Shown: piece after piece, positions 24,500 to 36,232 of the stretch
Layout of the letters: each line of letters begins with the position of its first letter
Numbering within the stretch: the first letter of the stretch is position 1
NCBI GenBank assembly: GCA_977862235.1
Contig: OZ374560.1
Coordinates: 1,178,001 to 1,242,000, forward strand
Reading direction: 5' to 3'
Source: Dudresnaya verticillata
Taxonomy: Eukaryota
DNA length: 64,000 nucleotides
Notes under the pieces: model-generated
The model's input: the letters and a program-made list of their open reading frames with translations, nothing else
The model's database searches: none
What the model was told of the DNA's origin: nothing
Made by a program: the position numbers and the translations under genes

Positions 24500-26739
24500 A
24501 TGCCGACATCTAACGGTGAAACCACCCGCCCAGGCTTAACAAGCCGGGGTGGTAGCCGTACCGACAGCTTATCCTCCGTGAGGACCACGGGAGCAAGAAC
24601 CCGTGCTGTAATAGCCGCTTTGGCTCGAGGTCCTACAGTAGGAGAAGTGGAACGCCCGCCCCGAATGGTGGGCGCACCAGGAGACGAAGATCCGTCTGCC
24701 CAAGGAAAGGGACAGATCCCTGAAGGAGAAAATACGGCCCGGACTGCAGCCGCAAGCACCGCTAACATCGGTACGAATGAGGGTCCGGACCCTATTATGC
24801 TGCCACCGCCGATGCTTCAAGCTGGTTACAGCCAGCACGACACAGTCGGACTGGCCTTAGAAGAAGAAACGACACCATCGCTTCCACCCGATATCGGAAT
24901 GCCGATGAGAACGAAGGTAAACTCAAGCGACCAACGGTGCTTTACGGAGCGTGAAATTGGTTATTTGGTTGAGACCGGCATCGAGAAGGCTCTCGGCACT
25001 AGCGTATTGGCGCTGCTTGAAAGCCAAGCGGATGAAACCCTCACACGGGTGAAACGCTATTTCGACGACGCCACCGCGCGCCGAGACGACCAGCTACTGG
25101 CTAAGTGCCAAGAAATGGTCAATTCTCGTTGCCAACAACGCCCCCTGAGGGGTTTAGAAGAGGAAAGGGTCGAGACCCTACAAGCCCAAGTGGACTCAAT
25201 GGGGGACCAGTTGGAATTGGTCCATCTTGAATTAGATGAAGCCACGAAGGCTGCCGACCTTTCCAGGACAGAAGCCGCAATGGCTATTGCGGACGTTCAA
25301 TTTAACGTAGACAACGCACGGTGCGTTGAACAGGACAGAGCCATAGAGGTCCTAAGGAAAGAACTCGATGAGGAGAAGCGTCGTGTCGCTTTCCTGGAAT
25401 TGCAGATGCGGCGCGTAATCCGCGAGAGGGATAATATCCCTGAAGTCATGAGACGGCGCTCACCAGTGCCTCGCGGTACGCGCGACAGGCGTAGGAGGCT
25501 ACCCCATAGGGGGTCGGACAGTGGGTCCCAAGGTGAAGGAGATGGAGGCCGTTGCCAACTGGGTTGCCAGTGTAAAAGACCAATTGGAACACAGATTTCC
25601 GGGTTTTCAGAATCTGTGTTCCGAATCAGTCTGAAAAAAATGTTAATGGAATGAAGATTTCTATATCGCGTTGGACTGGAAAGAGGGATCTGAGAAGAAT
25701 GGTGGAATCGGTTTTGGGATAGCATGCACGGTTGCGGAGTTACAGCATGCCGCATATACGGATAAATGTCCCCGAAACTTTCGGAATTTCTGGATTGAAA
25801 TTTAGCCAGAAATTGCGCTGCCCCCTGCTACCCTTCAGGGGGCGCCTGGGCGCGCACGGGCGCCTGCGCCCGTACGCGCACAGGCGCCTGCGCCCGTGCT
25901 CCGGCATGTCTGGCCCCGCTCGCCTCACCCCCCGGCCTGCCCTGGGCTGGGACCAAGGGCGCAGTGTCGCCCCGCACGACTGGTACTGCTTGGCCCAGAT
26001 TTACCCTCGCTCACCAGTATCACCCCTCCGTCTCGTGGCCATCATTGCACTCCGGGTCCAGTGCGGCGCCTGTGCCGCACCACCTCTACCGCCATCTCGC
26101 TTGCCATATCAGACTGAAAGCTCACCACACCCCGCTGTCTACACCCGCCCCTGCCGCCCTCCCCATCAAGCCGCGCACCTCGCGCACCAACTCTACCGCA
26201 CCGCGCAGGGCATGTCAAAGTGCGCGTGAAGTTGTAGACACGGTGAAGTTGACGCGGTACTGCAGAACTACAATAATAGGCTCCCAGCTTGGGCACAGCC
26301 AACCAGGACCCAACGCCCTGGGTGGGTGACGGTTGAAGACCAACCCAATGATATCTGCTTCGAATGCTATGGCATTGGCCATAAAAAGCCCAACTGTCCG
26401 CATTTGGCTCGAACCGATGAGCAGTCTTTTGAGCCTTTAAAAAGAAGACAGTTTCATCAACTATCACACGAGCAAAAAGCGTGGCTGGCGACCGTTGGCC
26501 GACTGCCGGAGTTCGCTAACGAGCGAGGGCCCACCGGGCCGCCCATGGGGCAACGGATGGATCCCCGTCAAAATTTGGGTGCAAGTCAAGGGGGAAATCG
26601 ACAGGTTCAATTTCAACCTCGACTGAACCACCCCATCGACGCTCCGAGGCAAACGCCAAGGTCACCGCGCCAAGGGACTCGTCCCTTTCCACCACCTCCA
26701 CCACTACCGCGGTCGCCCGCAATGAAGGCGAAAAACTAG
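24500..26739 (+). pseudogene. gag: gag of A1; central capsid region apparently replaced by unrelated DNA (~25550-26320)
   Basis: Coiled-coil N-terminal ORF from 24500 and a separate ORF 26326..26739 with the CFECYGIGHKKPNC knuckle. The intervening DNA is non-coding-like. Confidence 0.75.
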
Positions 26740-29700
26740 CGAGGGGGGAACCGGTTTCGGTACACCACATATCCCAGGTGACATCGGAACCCCCCGATCG
26801 GTGCGTTGAATCCAGCTCCTCGAGCTACAGCTTCGAAACCTTCGCTTCAACGAATCGACCGGTTGTTAGTGAATCTGTCACTTCTCTTCCCAAGAAGATC
26901 TTAGCGCGTCCCGTGGGCTTACCCCCCGGACGGAAGTATCACGAGTATTGTAAGGATCCCGTTTGCTCCTTGTCGCGCTACAATTATAAAGTAGCTGCGT
27001 CCATCGGGACTTCTGTTGACGATCTTACTCGTGTGCTCTCCGTACTGGATACAGGGGCAGGCCCTAATCTCATCCGCGCGGATGTTCTATCACCGAAAGA
27101 CAAGAAACGGATTTCTACAACGCGGTCAATTGTGAACTTGACCTCCGCGTCAAGTCACCGACTAACTACACTGGGAACAGTCTCCCTGATAATCAGGCTC
27201 GGGTCCTACACGGTTCGGCAACCTTTTGTTTTCGTAAGGGCATTGGCAGTAGACGCCATATTGGGTTGCACATTTATCGATACCCACGTGGAAGGGTTAC
27301 GCGTCCGCCAACAGAACATGGTTCTTCGCGACGGGTCCATTCACCCAATTCTACGCCGCCGATGCGGTATACCCCGTGAGGGCAGATCTGACGAACCAAT
27401 GGACGTTCCCCCGTTATCTAACTCGCGACTCATTCGCGTCGCACAAACTACTGATTTACTGCCCGGCAGTGAGTCATGGGTTCCTGTTGCCTGTTCCGCC
27501 AAAGGAACACATTTACTGGAATCCCTTCCACGCTTATAAGAACGCCGTCAAGTCGTTTTGACGAATGGAATCGTCAAGATTCAAGAGAACAACGGTGAGT
27601 TTCGGGTCTTTACCCTTTTTCTGGAATTCACGGACTCACCGTAACCTCCCTTTCAGGTGCTTTACGAGCTTTGCCTCCACACGACGGTTTCTCTGCGCGA
27701 GCTGGGTGGCGCCGCCCCTTTTCCCCCTTTTCCCTTAGGCTCTGTGCCTTTCAAAGACTCTACCAAACATTTTCCGATGTAGGGGGGGCGGGGCTTGCTG
27801 CTGCTCTGAAGACGGATATAGACTCTAAGCCTGGAATCAAAATCGCGACATCAGCGACAACCGCTATTACGGTCGATGACCTCGCGCTGGAACACCTGTC
27901 CACTTCGGATCGGCGTCGCGTGCGCAAGATGCTTAAACCGTTTGCCGGTATGTGGGACGGACAACTCGGAACCATTAAGGTGACCGAACACCGTATTGAG
28001 CTTCAAGAAGGTTCGAAACCTGTGTTTACGCAACCGTATCGGTCGGGCCCTAAAGCCCGTCAAGCAGAACAGGATGAGGTCGACAAAATGCTCAAAGAAG
28101 GCGTTATAGAACCTGCACGCTCTGAGTTTGCGAGCCCTGTCGTCTTGGTTAAGAAGCCCGACGGGTCACTCCGCTTTTGCGTTGACTATCGCAAGCTTAA
28201 CGCGATAACTGTGAAGGATACATATCCTCTGCCACGCATGGACGAGTGTCTGGACTCTTTGGGCGAAGCCCAATATTTCAAGACCTTGGATTGCAACTCA
28301 GACTACTGGCAGATTCCGGTTTCACAAGAGGATAAGCATAAGACTGCTTTTGCATGCCACGCGGGCTGCTTCCAATTCTGCAGGATGCCCTTTGGGCTAT
28401 GCAACGCTCCGGCGACCTTTCAACGAACGGATGACATCCTCTTATCAGGATTTCGATGGAAATCGTGCCTCGTATACCTCGACGATATTATCGTATTCTC
28501 TGCGACTGTCGACGAGCATGTCACGCACGTAAGAGAGATTCTCTCTGTATTACAAGAAGCAGGGGTCTCCTTGAAACTCAAGAAGTGTAACTTCTTCACA
28601 AAGAGTGTCGACTACCTAGGGCACGTCATCCGTCCGGGTTTATTAGAAGTGGCGACTAAGAATACACAAGCCATCGAAGGCTTCAAGGAGCCGACCACCC
28701 AGACCCAGTTGCGGTCTTTCATCGGTCTATGCAACGTCTACAGGCGATTCGTGCCTAACTTCGCTCGCGTGGCAGCTCCGCTCAATGCCCTCCTTCAGAA
28801 GGAAGTGGGATTTGAACTGCCACAGTTCAATGAACGTCAGCGCGAGGCGTTCGGCTTGCTGAAGACAGCGCTAATAGCGCCTCCTATTCTTAGGTTGCCA
28901 CAAGAGGGTAAGGCCCTATCGGTGGATACCGACGCGTGCGACTACGAAATTGGTTGCGCGCTGATGCAAGCCGAAGAAGACGGGACTCGACACCCGATAG
29001 GCTTCTGGAGCCGAGGACTGACGAAGGCAGAGAAGAATTATTCTGTAGGCGAAAAGGAGTGCCTCGCAGTGGTCTGGGCGCCACAATTGCTCAGACCATA
29101 TCTAGAAAGGTCCCACTTTGACCTGTATACAGACCATCAAGCGCTGAAATGGATGATGAGCATGACAGATGCTTCTGGACGGTTGGCCCGTTGGAGATTA
29201 CGCCTCCTGGAATACGACTTCACGGTCCAGTACCGAAAAGGCAAAAAGAATCAGATTGCTGATGCCGTATCTCGACTGCCCACGTATGGCTTCACGCCAT
29301 GGGAACCAGACTTGGAAATCCCGTGTCTAGTCCTCGAGACTGATCCGAGGGACGAACCCTGCGAATGGTCGCGACCGGAGCCCAACACGCGACCGTTGGA
29401 AGTATGGGAAATCGAACCCGTCGATAAGTCCGATTCGGAGGACGAAGCGGTCATCGCCCAAGTGGCCGAGAAGGAATCTGGACAAAAGGGACTATCCCTC
29501 ATCACCACAGAAGAGTTGCTCCGTGAGCAGAAAACAGATGAATTCTGTATCTGGGTCCGAAGGAACCTCGAGGCCGGGAAGCCTGGTTGCTATCTCGAGG
29601 ACGAACGAGGACTCCTAGTCCGGAAGTCGTATATCGACAAGGCGATACAGGTTCTCATACCTCGTTCTCTTAAGGAAAGGGCGCTACACCTAGCCCACTA

Positions 29701-31279
29701 CCCCGAGATGGCGGGACACCCAGGTGGAACCCGGATGTATTATAACCTGCGAAGACAGGTATATTGGTCAGAGATGGCATTGGATGTATACGCCACCGTG
29801 CGTAATTGTGTCAAATGCGCACAAGAGCGGGTGAAGTTGCGAAAACATACTTCGCATATGAAACTCTTCCCGGCAACCATGCCGTTAGAGTTCGTAGGAA
29901 TCGATATCCTGGGCCCGTTACCCCGCTCCGGGAAAGGAAACGAGTTCCTGTTGGTTATGACGGACCGCTTCTTAAAGCTGACGCGAGCAATACCGATGAA
30001 AACGGTAACCGCCTATACAGTGGCGAAGGCGTTTTGTGACCATTGGGTCTTTATCTATGGACCGCCCCGTTACGTCCTTTCAGACAATGGGTCTCAATTT
30101 GCCTCTAAGGTCTTCCTCGCCGTGTGCGATATCCTACGGATTCGGAATATGTTCACGTCGACATACCATCCCCAAACTAATGGGCAAACCGAGAGGTTCA
30201 ACCGCACCATCCTAGCGGGCCTTCGCCACTTCATAGCGGAAGACCAGAGGGACTGGGACGAGTTCACCTCAGCGCTCACGTACGCTTACAATACGACAGT
30301 GCATCGCGCTAAAGGGTTAGCCCCTTTTGACTTGGTTCTGTCAAATCCGCCGACTTCCCTACCACTGGAACAAGCGGAAACGGTAGACATTGACGGGATA
30401 CCCGCTACGAACGTCAAGAAGCGCCTAACCGCTCGGCTGGAAAAGCTCATGGATACGGCTCTGCCGAGGATGCAACTAGCGCAAAAGCGCTATGAAACCA
30501 ACTTTAATAGCCGCATTCGACCGGCTAACCAAAGGGTACGTCCTGGGTCGTGGGTATTCCTCGAACGGGAAACCAAAGTGAAGGACGCTTCAGGCGTGGC
30601 GAGGGAAGGGAAACTGTTCCCGAAAGCCCTTGGGCCATATAAGGTCCTCGAGAGAGGAACCCATGTGGTGGTTCTCGACATCAAGGGCGACAGAGAAACA
30701 ATCTCTTTGGACAGAGTCACCTTGGCTCCATCGCCAGACGAAGCGCCGCTGGCACTAGATATGACTCTCACGGTAGTGGAAATGCCACCGGAGACAGGTG
30801 CAGCACCTTCAAGTAGCCCACCTGGGCCAACCGACGGGCCCAACACAAACGGCACTGGGCCCCCGGTGAACACCGCATCAGGCGGTAATGAACCGGCCCA
30901 TACCGAAGCACCTGGTGCTGAAGGCGAGACACTGGCTGACACAGGTGGGGATGTGCAACCGAACGGCGTCCATACTGCGCCTGTTGTCCCCCAACGACAG
31001 GAGAATGCTCCTAGAGATGAGGGCGTGGACGCGTCATCACCTCCGCCGACAGTGGCTGAAGGGACGTCAAGCCGTAAATTCTCGCGCTTCAAGAAGGCAC
31101 CACCACGCGAACACGTGTACGAAAGGATCGTTTCCTATGACCCCGACACACACCTTTATCGGGTGCGATAGTTCCAGAGCCCGGCCTCGAAGGACACATG
31201 GGAACCAAAAGGGCACCTCCCTCACAATTTAGTTGCAAGGTATCACCGCCAAAAAGGGATACCTTTCCCTGGCAATTAG
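26736..31279 (+). pseudogene. pol: pol of A1: protease, dUTPase-like linker, RT, RNase H, integrase, chromodomain
   Basis: VLDTGAG; RFCVDYRKLN; YLDD; DTDAC; HHCC zinc finger; VLSDNG and HPQTNGQTER; GPY; chromodomain VYERIV...RVR*F...DTWEP. Stops at 27537 and 31169 and an LTR patch at 27592-27766. Confidence 0.95.
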
Positions 31280-31566
31280 CGAGGCGAACACGCGCGTTGA
31301 GTAAGGCACCGGGCCTATGAGTGGTCTCAAGCGGGCGCGCCAAACCAAAACAGCAGTTGGGCTGTTTGGAGTCGGATCTCCCAACTGCTAGACTCACCTC
31401 ATATGAGTTGAGGTAGAACTTGGTTCTGGATTCCGAAGCCGACGTCCTCGCGCAAATACGAACGCAGCCTATGGGCTAAGGACGGCATTCGCCGATTACC
31501 GAAAGTAGGGGTTAGCCTCTCAAGAAGATGAACCAATGTCGATGGCTACAGAAGAGTCAAGACTCT

Positions 31567-31682
31567 GGATAGATGTGGAAATGGATAGATGAAAGAAGAG
31601 TCAAGACTCTGGATAGATGTATATCATGGATAGATGTTAGAAGGATTGGATCCTGGATGGAAGCATGGAAATGGATAGATGT
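31567..31682 (+). repeat. Array of GGATAGATG motifs with variable spacers
   Basis: Exact copies at 31567, 31583, 31611, 31628 and 31673. Inverse array in A2 at 60304-60391. Confidence 0.85.
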
Positions 31683-32737
31683 AATCAAGAGGTGAACTCT
31701 GCAAGATGAGTTCTGCCAAAGCGAGCGGGCGCTTCAGAGCTAGGAGTTGATCCTACGTGAGAGGCGCACCTGTGTACAGCGACTAACGCTATGCATAAGG
31801 TTATCTACCTGGCTCAAGGCCAGACCTAGGTTGAGGCCAACCTCGAGCACAGAGGCTATTGTTAGGCAGAGTGGCCGGAACATGGCTACCCCAAGGACTC
31901 AATCCTAAAAAGGCAAAAGCTATGGCGACCACTCTCCCCTCGGTGCGGGTAAGGAACAGCGGCGACGGCCAACTGATAATTTATTGCAATTATAACTACC
32001 AGCACTATGACGCTTGAGGGCGGCTGGACTGCCCCAAAAGCGATACGCTACAATATGGACGGGACATTAGCCCGAGGTTGGCCCAACTACCTCCCACAAA
32101 AAGGGCGCTCGCGTCAAACCCAGTGAGGGTGTAACGCACAAATACGCCCCATCCTAGACTGGTGAGTCTTGATACTCCGACTCCCCCATCTGCTGGGGAG
32201 GACGTTTGGAACCGCGTGAGACCCCATTGATAGGGGAGGAGAAAGCGCCAGGCGTATTGACGCTGAGAATTCTGGAAGCCACGCGGTCGAAGAAACCGAT
32301 GCCGCTGACTAATACCTCTTGGTTGTGCCGATGGGCACAGTCCGTGAGTTGCTAGAAAGGCTACAGCAAGGTGGCGGAGTGATGAGACCAATTAACAGTC
32401 ATAACGGCTTTCGCGCCAAAATACGCTACAGTGCGTCGCATTGAACTGTAGAGCTACTGTGGACATTGCTGGCACGCTCTCAGGTAGCGACAGACGCTAG
32501 AGAGGCGTATTGGTCAACCAATAATAGGTTGTCCCACGGTGCTTGAACAAGCAAAGGCACCACTGTCTCACTAGGAAGAAAAGTGGCACCGGATGTGGAG
32601 GCTCGAAGCCTACCAAAGCAGTGGGTTACGCATACAAGACGAAGTTTATTGCTAAGCGGTTAAGCCGCTGGAGTGGGTTCTAGCCCCTATCAGGCTCGAT
32701 GTCTCGAGGCATGCCTCAAGACGAGGGCTCGACTCGG

Positions 32738-35056
32738 CTAATCCGAAAGGAGGTCAATGACCTCGTCATCGCCAAGGGGCGGGTTAGGTGCAGAAGGCGC
32801 CCGCGTCGTCACGATGCGGCGCACCTCGCGGATGATCCGCCGACCCTGGCCACGACGCGGTCCACGGCCCCGGCGAGTACCCTCCATTGTCGCTCCTTGA
32901 GCCTCGTTGGCTGTCGTCGGGTCCACATCCATCGGCGCAACATCGCCCTCCACAGGAGCCAACTCCTCCTCTTCCTTGAGCACCAACTCGGTTTTCACGA
33001 GCACTTCGTCGGTAGGCTGCAAAGACTCATCGGCTTGACCGGGAGCCAGCGGCGTAGATGCCCTCTCCTCCACTTGGGGAGAATTACCAGTCAAAGACTT
33101 AGCAGGCGTCTCGAGCGAGACGGGTGCTGTGACAGATGCAGCCGAAGGGAGCGGCCCTGGGGGGGCCCCAACAGCCACCTCGGCGGTGGGGCGGTTAGCC
33201 GATGCTGACTCCGACTGTGGGTTATTCCCAGCGGGCGCGCCGCTAACGGCAGGAATCTGGCGTGGAACCACGGAGCGAAGTGGGACTCCAACTCGAGAAG
33301 CCGATGGCTGGGAAGGAGGCGCCGTGACTCGCGGAGTGACGTTGGGCGCGCTAGCACCAGCCGTGGGAAGGGGCTCCTCACGCGGGACCTTTGACACATC
33401 AGCCGCGGTGGCTTCCCTCGCGTCGATAATCGGAAGGAGCGCTAAAGAGCCTTGGGCTGAAGAACCCGGCTTACCGTAGCCGATGCCGCGGCGAACCTTA
33501 GAGCCAGGCTCTTTCTTGATTCCCACTCCAGACTCACCTTCAACCTTGATCCCGCCCAGCGGGGGTAACTTATTCAGGTGAGTCAAAAGGCGGTCAACCG
33601 GACCTGGAGTTCCTATCCAATGAGCCTCATATTCGGCTAGTGCGTCCTCAACCCAGTCAGCTAGACTATTAAGGTTGAGGGAGTAGATGCCCCAATGGGC
33701 AGCAAGACGGATCGCCAACCCACGGCGGCCAAATAGATCACGGATCTCGGCATCAGCCCGGTGGTGGTGCGTCAGCACTGGAGCGTATGGACCCTGCGGC
33801 TCCCCATCGACAGTGTCGTCGAAGGGGGGCACCTCAGCAGGGTGCTTAGGCCCTTCATCGCGCCAACGCACACTCACCCAACCCTTGGTGTAACCAGTGA
33901 GGCGCTCGCCCTCATCCAGCTGGATGGGTTCACCCTCGGTGGGTAGCGGAGCCATCAAATAGTCCGGAAGGACTGGGTGCCACTTGACGGCGTCGAAATC
34001 AACCCAATCGCCGCGGTCGTACACCGGCGTCAGGTGGCCGGTGTTCTCAGGCAGATGCCTATTGCGTTTCGAAACGCTGCTCCAGCGAATACGCTCAACA
34101 AAGACCAAGAGTTGGTCCAAGTCTGAGGCGTCGGGCGAGTTGGCGGTGAAGGCAGCAGCGCCTATAGAACGGATGGCCCCACGAAGTTGGGCGCTGATGA
34201 AGTATAACAAGCCCCGACGGGCTTCGTAGACGAACACTTGCGTCACCAGCACGATCCACTCATGGCGAAAGATGGACCATAAGACGCTATCGTCTGCGTT
34301 GGCATCCATCATCTCCAAGCCGAGGTACGCTATGATGGTCGGTGTACCGACGGGCATGGAATAGGATACCTCCATCTCGGCGTGATCGCCCGCCACTTGA
34401 GGATATTTGATCCTATAGAACTCCGGGCGAATAGAGGTAACCTCTTGACAGTGTCCTGGGACGAGACAACCGGTGCGGTGACGATTCCGACGCTCAAAGC
34501 GTATGATATCGGAAGGCATAGCCGTTTGTGGGTTGTCCATGGCAAACTTGAAATTGGACGTCTCGTCCCAACGGACGACCCGAGCCGTGGTGTAAGGGTA
34601 GTTGTCCCTGCCGCTGCGGATCAGCGGGCGCTCATGCGCCACTATCCCGGGGTCGAACTCACCCATATCGTGCACGCGTTGAATCTGCTCCAGCTCATAG
34701 TTGAGCTTATTACACAAGGTGGCTGTGTAGCGCACCTCGTGGCGGAAGCGCGGGTGCGCTAGGTCCCACTGCCACGGACCCGTAAGGGTGGGCAGGCGAC
34801 GGGTCATGCCGGTTAGCAGCGCCAGACGCGCTCGAGCATGGGAATTCCAAGTGCGGCGCTGCGCCTGCCGCGCTCCATGCCGACGAATGTCGGTGAGATC
34901 AGCGCCCGCACGCGCTTTGAGGTGCGCCAGGTCGGTGCGCACCCGCCAGTCGCGGCTCTCCTTGACCGTGAAAGGCACTCCTTCCTCATCCACTTCAATG
35001 CCTAGCACACCGGTGCTTGAGCCAGCGGCCCCATAAGCCATGTGGCTATGGCTCAT
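32738..35056 (-). CDS. Antisense accessory protein of Gypsy family A, ~772 aa, unknown function
   Basis: Uninterrupted 2.3-kb ORF (first ATG 35056). The homolog at 57660-59276 conserves the protein sequence with many synonymous changes. Confidence 0.88.
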   Translation of the reverse strand: MSHSHMAYGAAGSSTGVLGIEVDEEGVPFTVKESRDWRVRTDLAHLKARAGADLTDIRRHGARQAQRRTWNSHARARLALLTGMTRRLPTLTGPWQWDLAHPRFRHEVRYTATLCNKLNYELEQIQRVHDMGEFDPGIVAHERPLIRSGRDNYPYTTARVVRWDETSNFKFAMDNPQTAMPSDIIRFERRNRHRTGCLVPGHCQEVTSIRPEFYRIKYPQVAGDHAEMEVSYSMPVGTPTIIAYLGLEMMDANADDSVLWSIFRHEWIVLVTQVFVYEARRGLLYFISAQLRGAIRSIGAAAFTANSPDASDLDQLLVFVERIRWSSVSKRNRHLPENTGHLTPVYDRGDWVDFDAVKWHPVLPDYLMAPLPTEGEPIQLDEGERLTGYTKGWVSVRWRDEGPKHPAEVPPFDDTVDGEPQGPYAPVLTHHHRADAEIRDLFGRRGLAIRLAAHWGIYSLNLNSLADWVEDALAEYEAHWIGTPGPVDRLLTHLNKLPPLGGIKVEGESGVGIKKEPGSKVRRGIGYGKPGSSAQGSLALLPIIDAREATAADVSKVPREEPLPTAGASAPNVTPRVTAPPSQPSASRVGVPLRSVVPRQIPAVSGAPAGNNPQSESASANRPTAEVAVGAPPGPLPSAASVTAPVSLETPAKSLTGNSPQVEERASTPLAPGQADESLQPTDEVLVKTELVLKEEEELAPVEGDVAPMDVDPTTANEAQGATMEGTRRGRGPRRGQGRRIIREVRRIVTTRAPSAPNPPLGDDEVIDLLSD

Positions 35057-35574
35057 CTTGACTTCCACGGGGTGAACAGGTCTTCTATCCAGCCATAGTG
35101 GCTATTCTTGACTGTTGCGCCCGTGACGGCCCGGCCGTAGGAAGCGGTGCACGGGTGGCGACAGGGTACAGCGGGTCCCGCTACTGCAATGTGCGCAGAC
35201 CGCCGCAACGGAGGAAGTACGCGAACCTAGATGGGTCGCCGGAACAAAGCGCGGAGGCGTTGGAGATGGTGGTGCGAAGTGGGGATGTGCACAGGGAACT
35301 GTAGCGGAAGCCGCTGTGAAGTCGCTGAAGTATGCAGCCGGTTCGGGCTTTCCGCGCGAAAGCGCACAAAGTTCGTCGCAATTATGAGACGGGCGCCGTC
35401 GAGACTGGGACGGCGAAGCAAGTGATTTGTCACTACGGTGAACGGTTCCACAACGGCCGCCAGTGGCGGCGGTTACAAGTGAGCCGTTGGCCCAATACCC
35501 CACTGGGATTTCAAGCTCGCCCAAGACGGGGCCAATAGAAACAGTCTTGCTGGCTTCGCGGGTCTCTCAGCCTT

Positions 35575-35587
35575 AACGAGGGGGCCG
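35575..35587 (+). promoter_or_regulatory. Polypurine tract of A1
   Basis: AACGAGGGGGCCG immediately before the 3' LTR. Confidence 0.7.
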
Positions 35588-36232
35588 TGTGGAAGAATGA
35601 GCCGCAGCAGGAGTGCTGGCGCACTGTAAGTCATTTGTGCGCATCAAGGTGTAAGACGCCCACGCGCATCAAGCTGTAAGGTGCGCACAAGCACCGTGCG
35701 CTGTAAGGGCGATGCGCCTCGCTGGCGTCCCTTCTGGCACCAAATTTGATGGCGAATTGCCATTGGGTAATTTATTGTGGCCGCTCACGCGTCCCGACAC
35801 GGTAATACCACTAATCCGTATTTATAACTGACAGCAGTACAATTAGATTATTAATGACAGTTAGAATAGCTTAGAATAGCTCATAGGAGGTAAGAGCATT
35901 TTCGGCTCTGTATAATTAATAGGCCCCTGAGTAGCAGGGGCCTCCTGAATAGAACCCACGGTGGGTTTCGGGTCTTTACCCTTTTTCTGGAATTCACGGA
36001 CTCACCGTAACCTCCCTTTCAGGTGCTTTACGAGCCTTGCCTCCACACGACGGTTGCTCTGTGCGAGCTGGGTGGCGCCGCCCCTTTCCCCCCTTTTCCC
36101 TTAGGCTCTGTGCCTTTCAAAGACTCTACCAACCCCTTTTCCCGAGCTACCTAAGCTAGTGTGTTGTGCACCGTCAGGACAGCTGTCCTTGCCGGTTGTC
36201 GGGTTTCTGCCTTGACGGGCAATACTACTACA
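35588..36232 (+). repeat. 3' LTR of A1
   Basis: Direct repeat of 23350-23994. Confidence 0.97.

Larger units (their letters stand above)
23350..36232 (+). mobile_element. Two-LTR Ty3/Gypsy chromovirus-like retrotransposon A1 (12.9 kb) with an extra antisense ORF
   Basis: 645-bp TG...CA LTRs with about 9 differences by eye; TSD CATAC/CATAA; PBS and PPT; gag-PR-RT-RH-INT-chromodomain order. Confidence 0.97.

Noticed and set aside
31169..31171. Programmed read-through into the chromodomain
   Set aside because: A2 has TGG at this position and a different TGG>TAG downstream, so these are independent nonsense mutations.
31567..31682. CRISPR-like array
   Set aside because: Repeats are only 9-10 nt with short irregular spacers, there are no cas genes, and the context is a eukaryotic retrotransposon.
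32738..35056. env gene
   Set aside because: Antisense orientation, no signal peptide or C-terminal TM anchor, and nuclear-type motifs instead.
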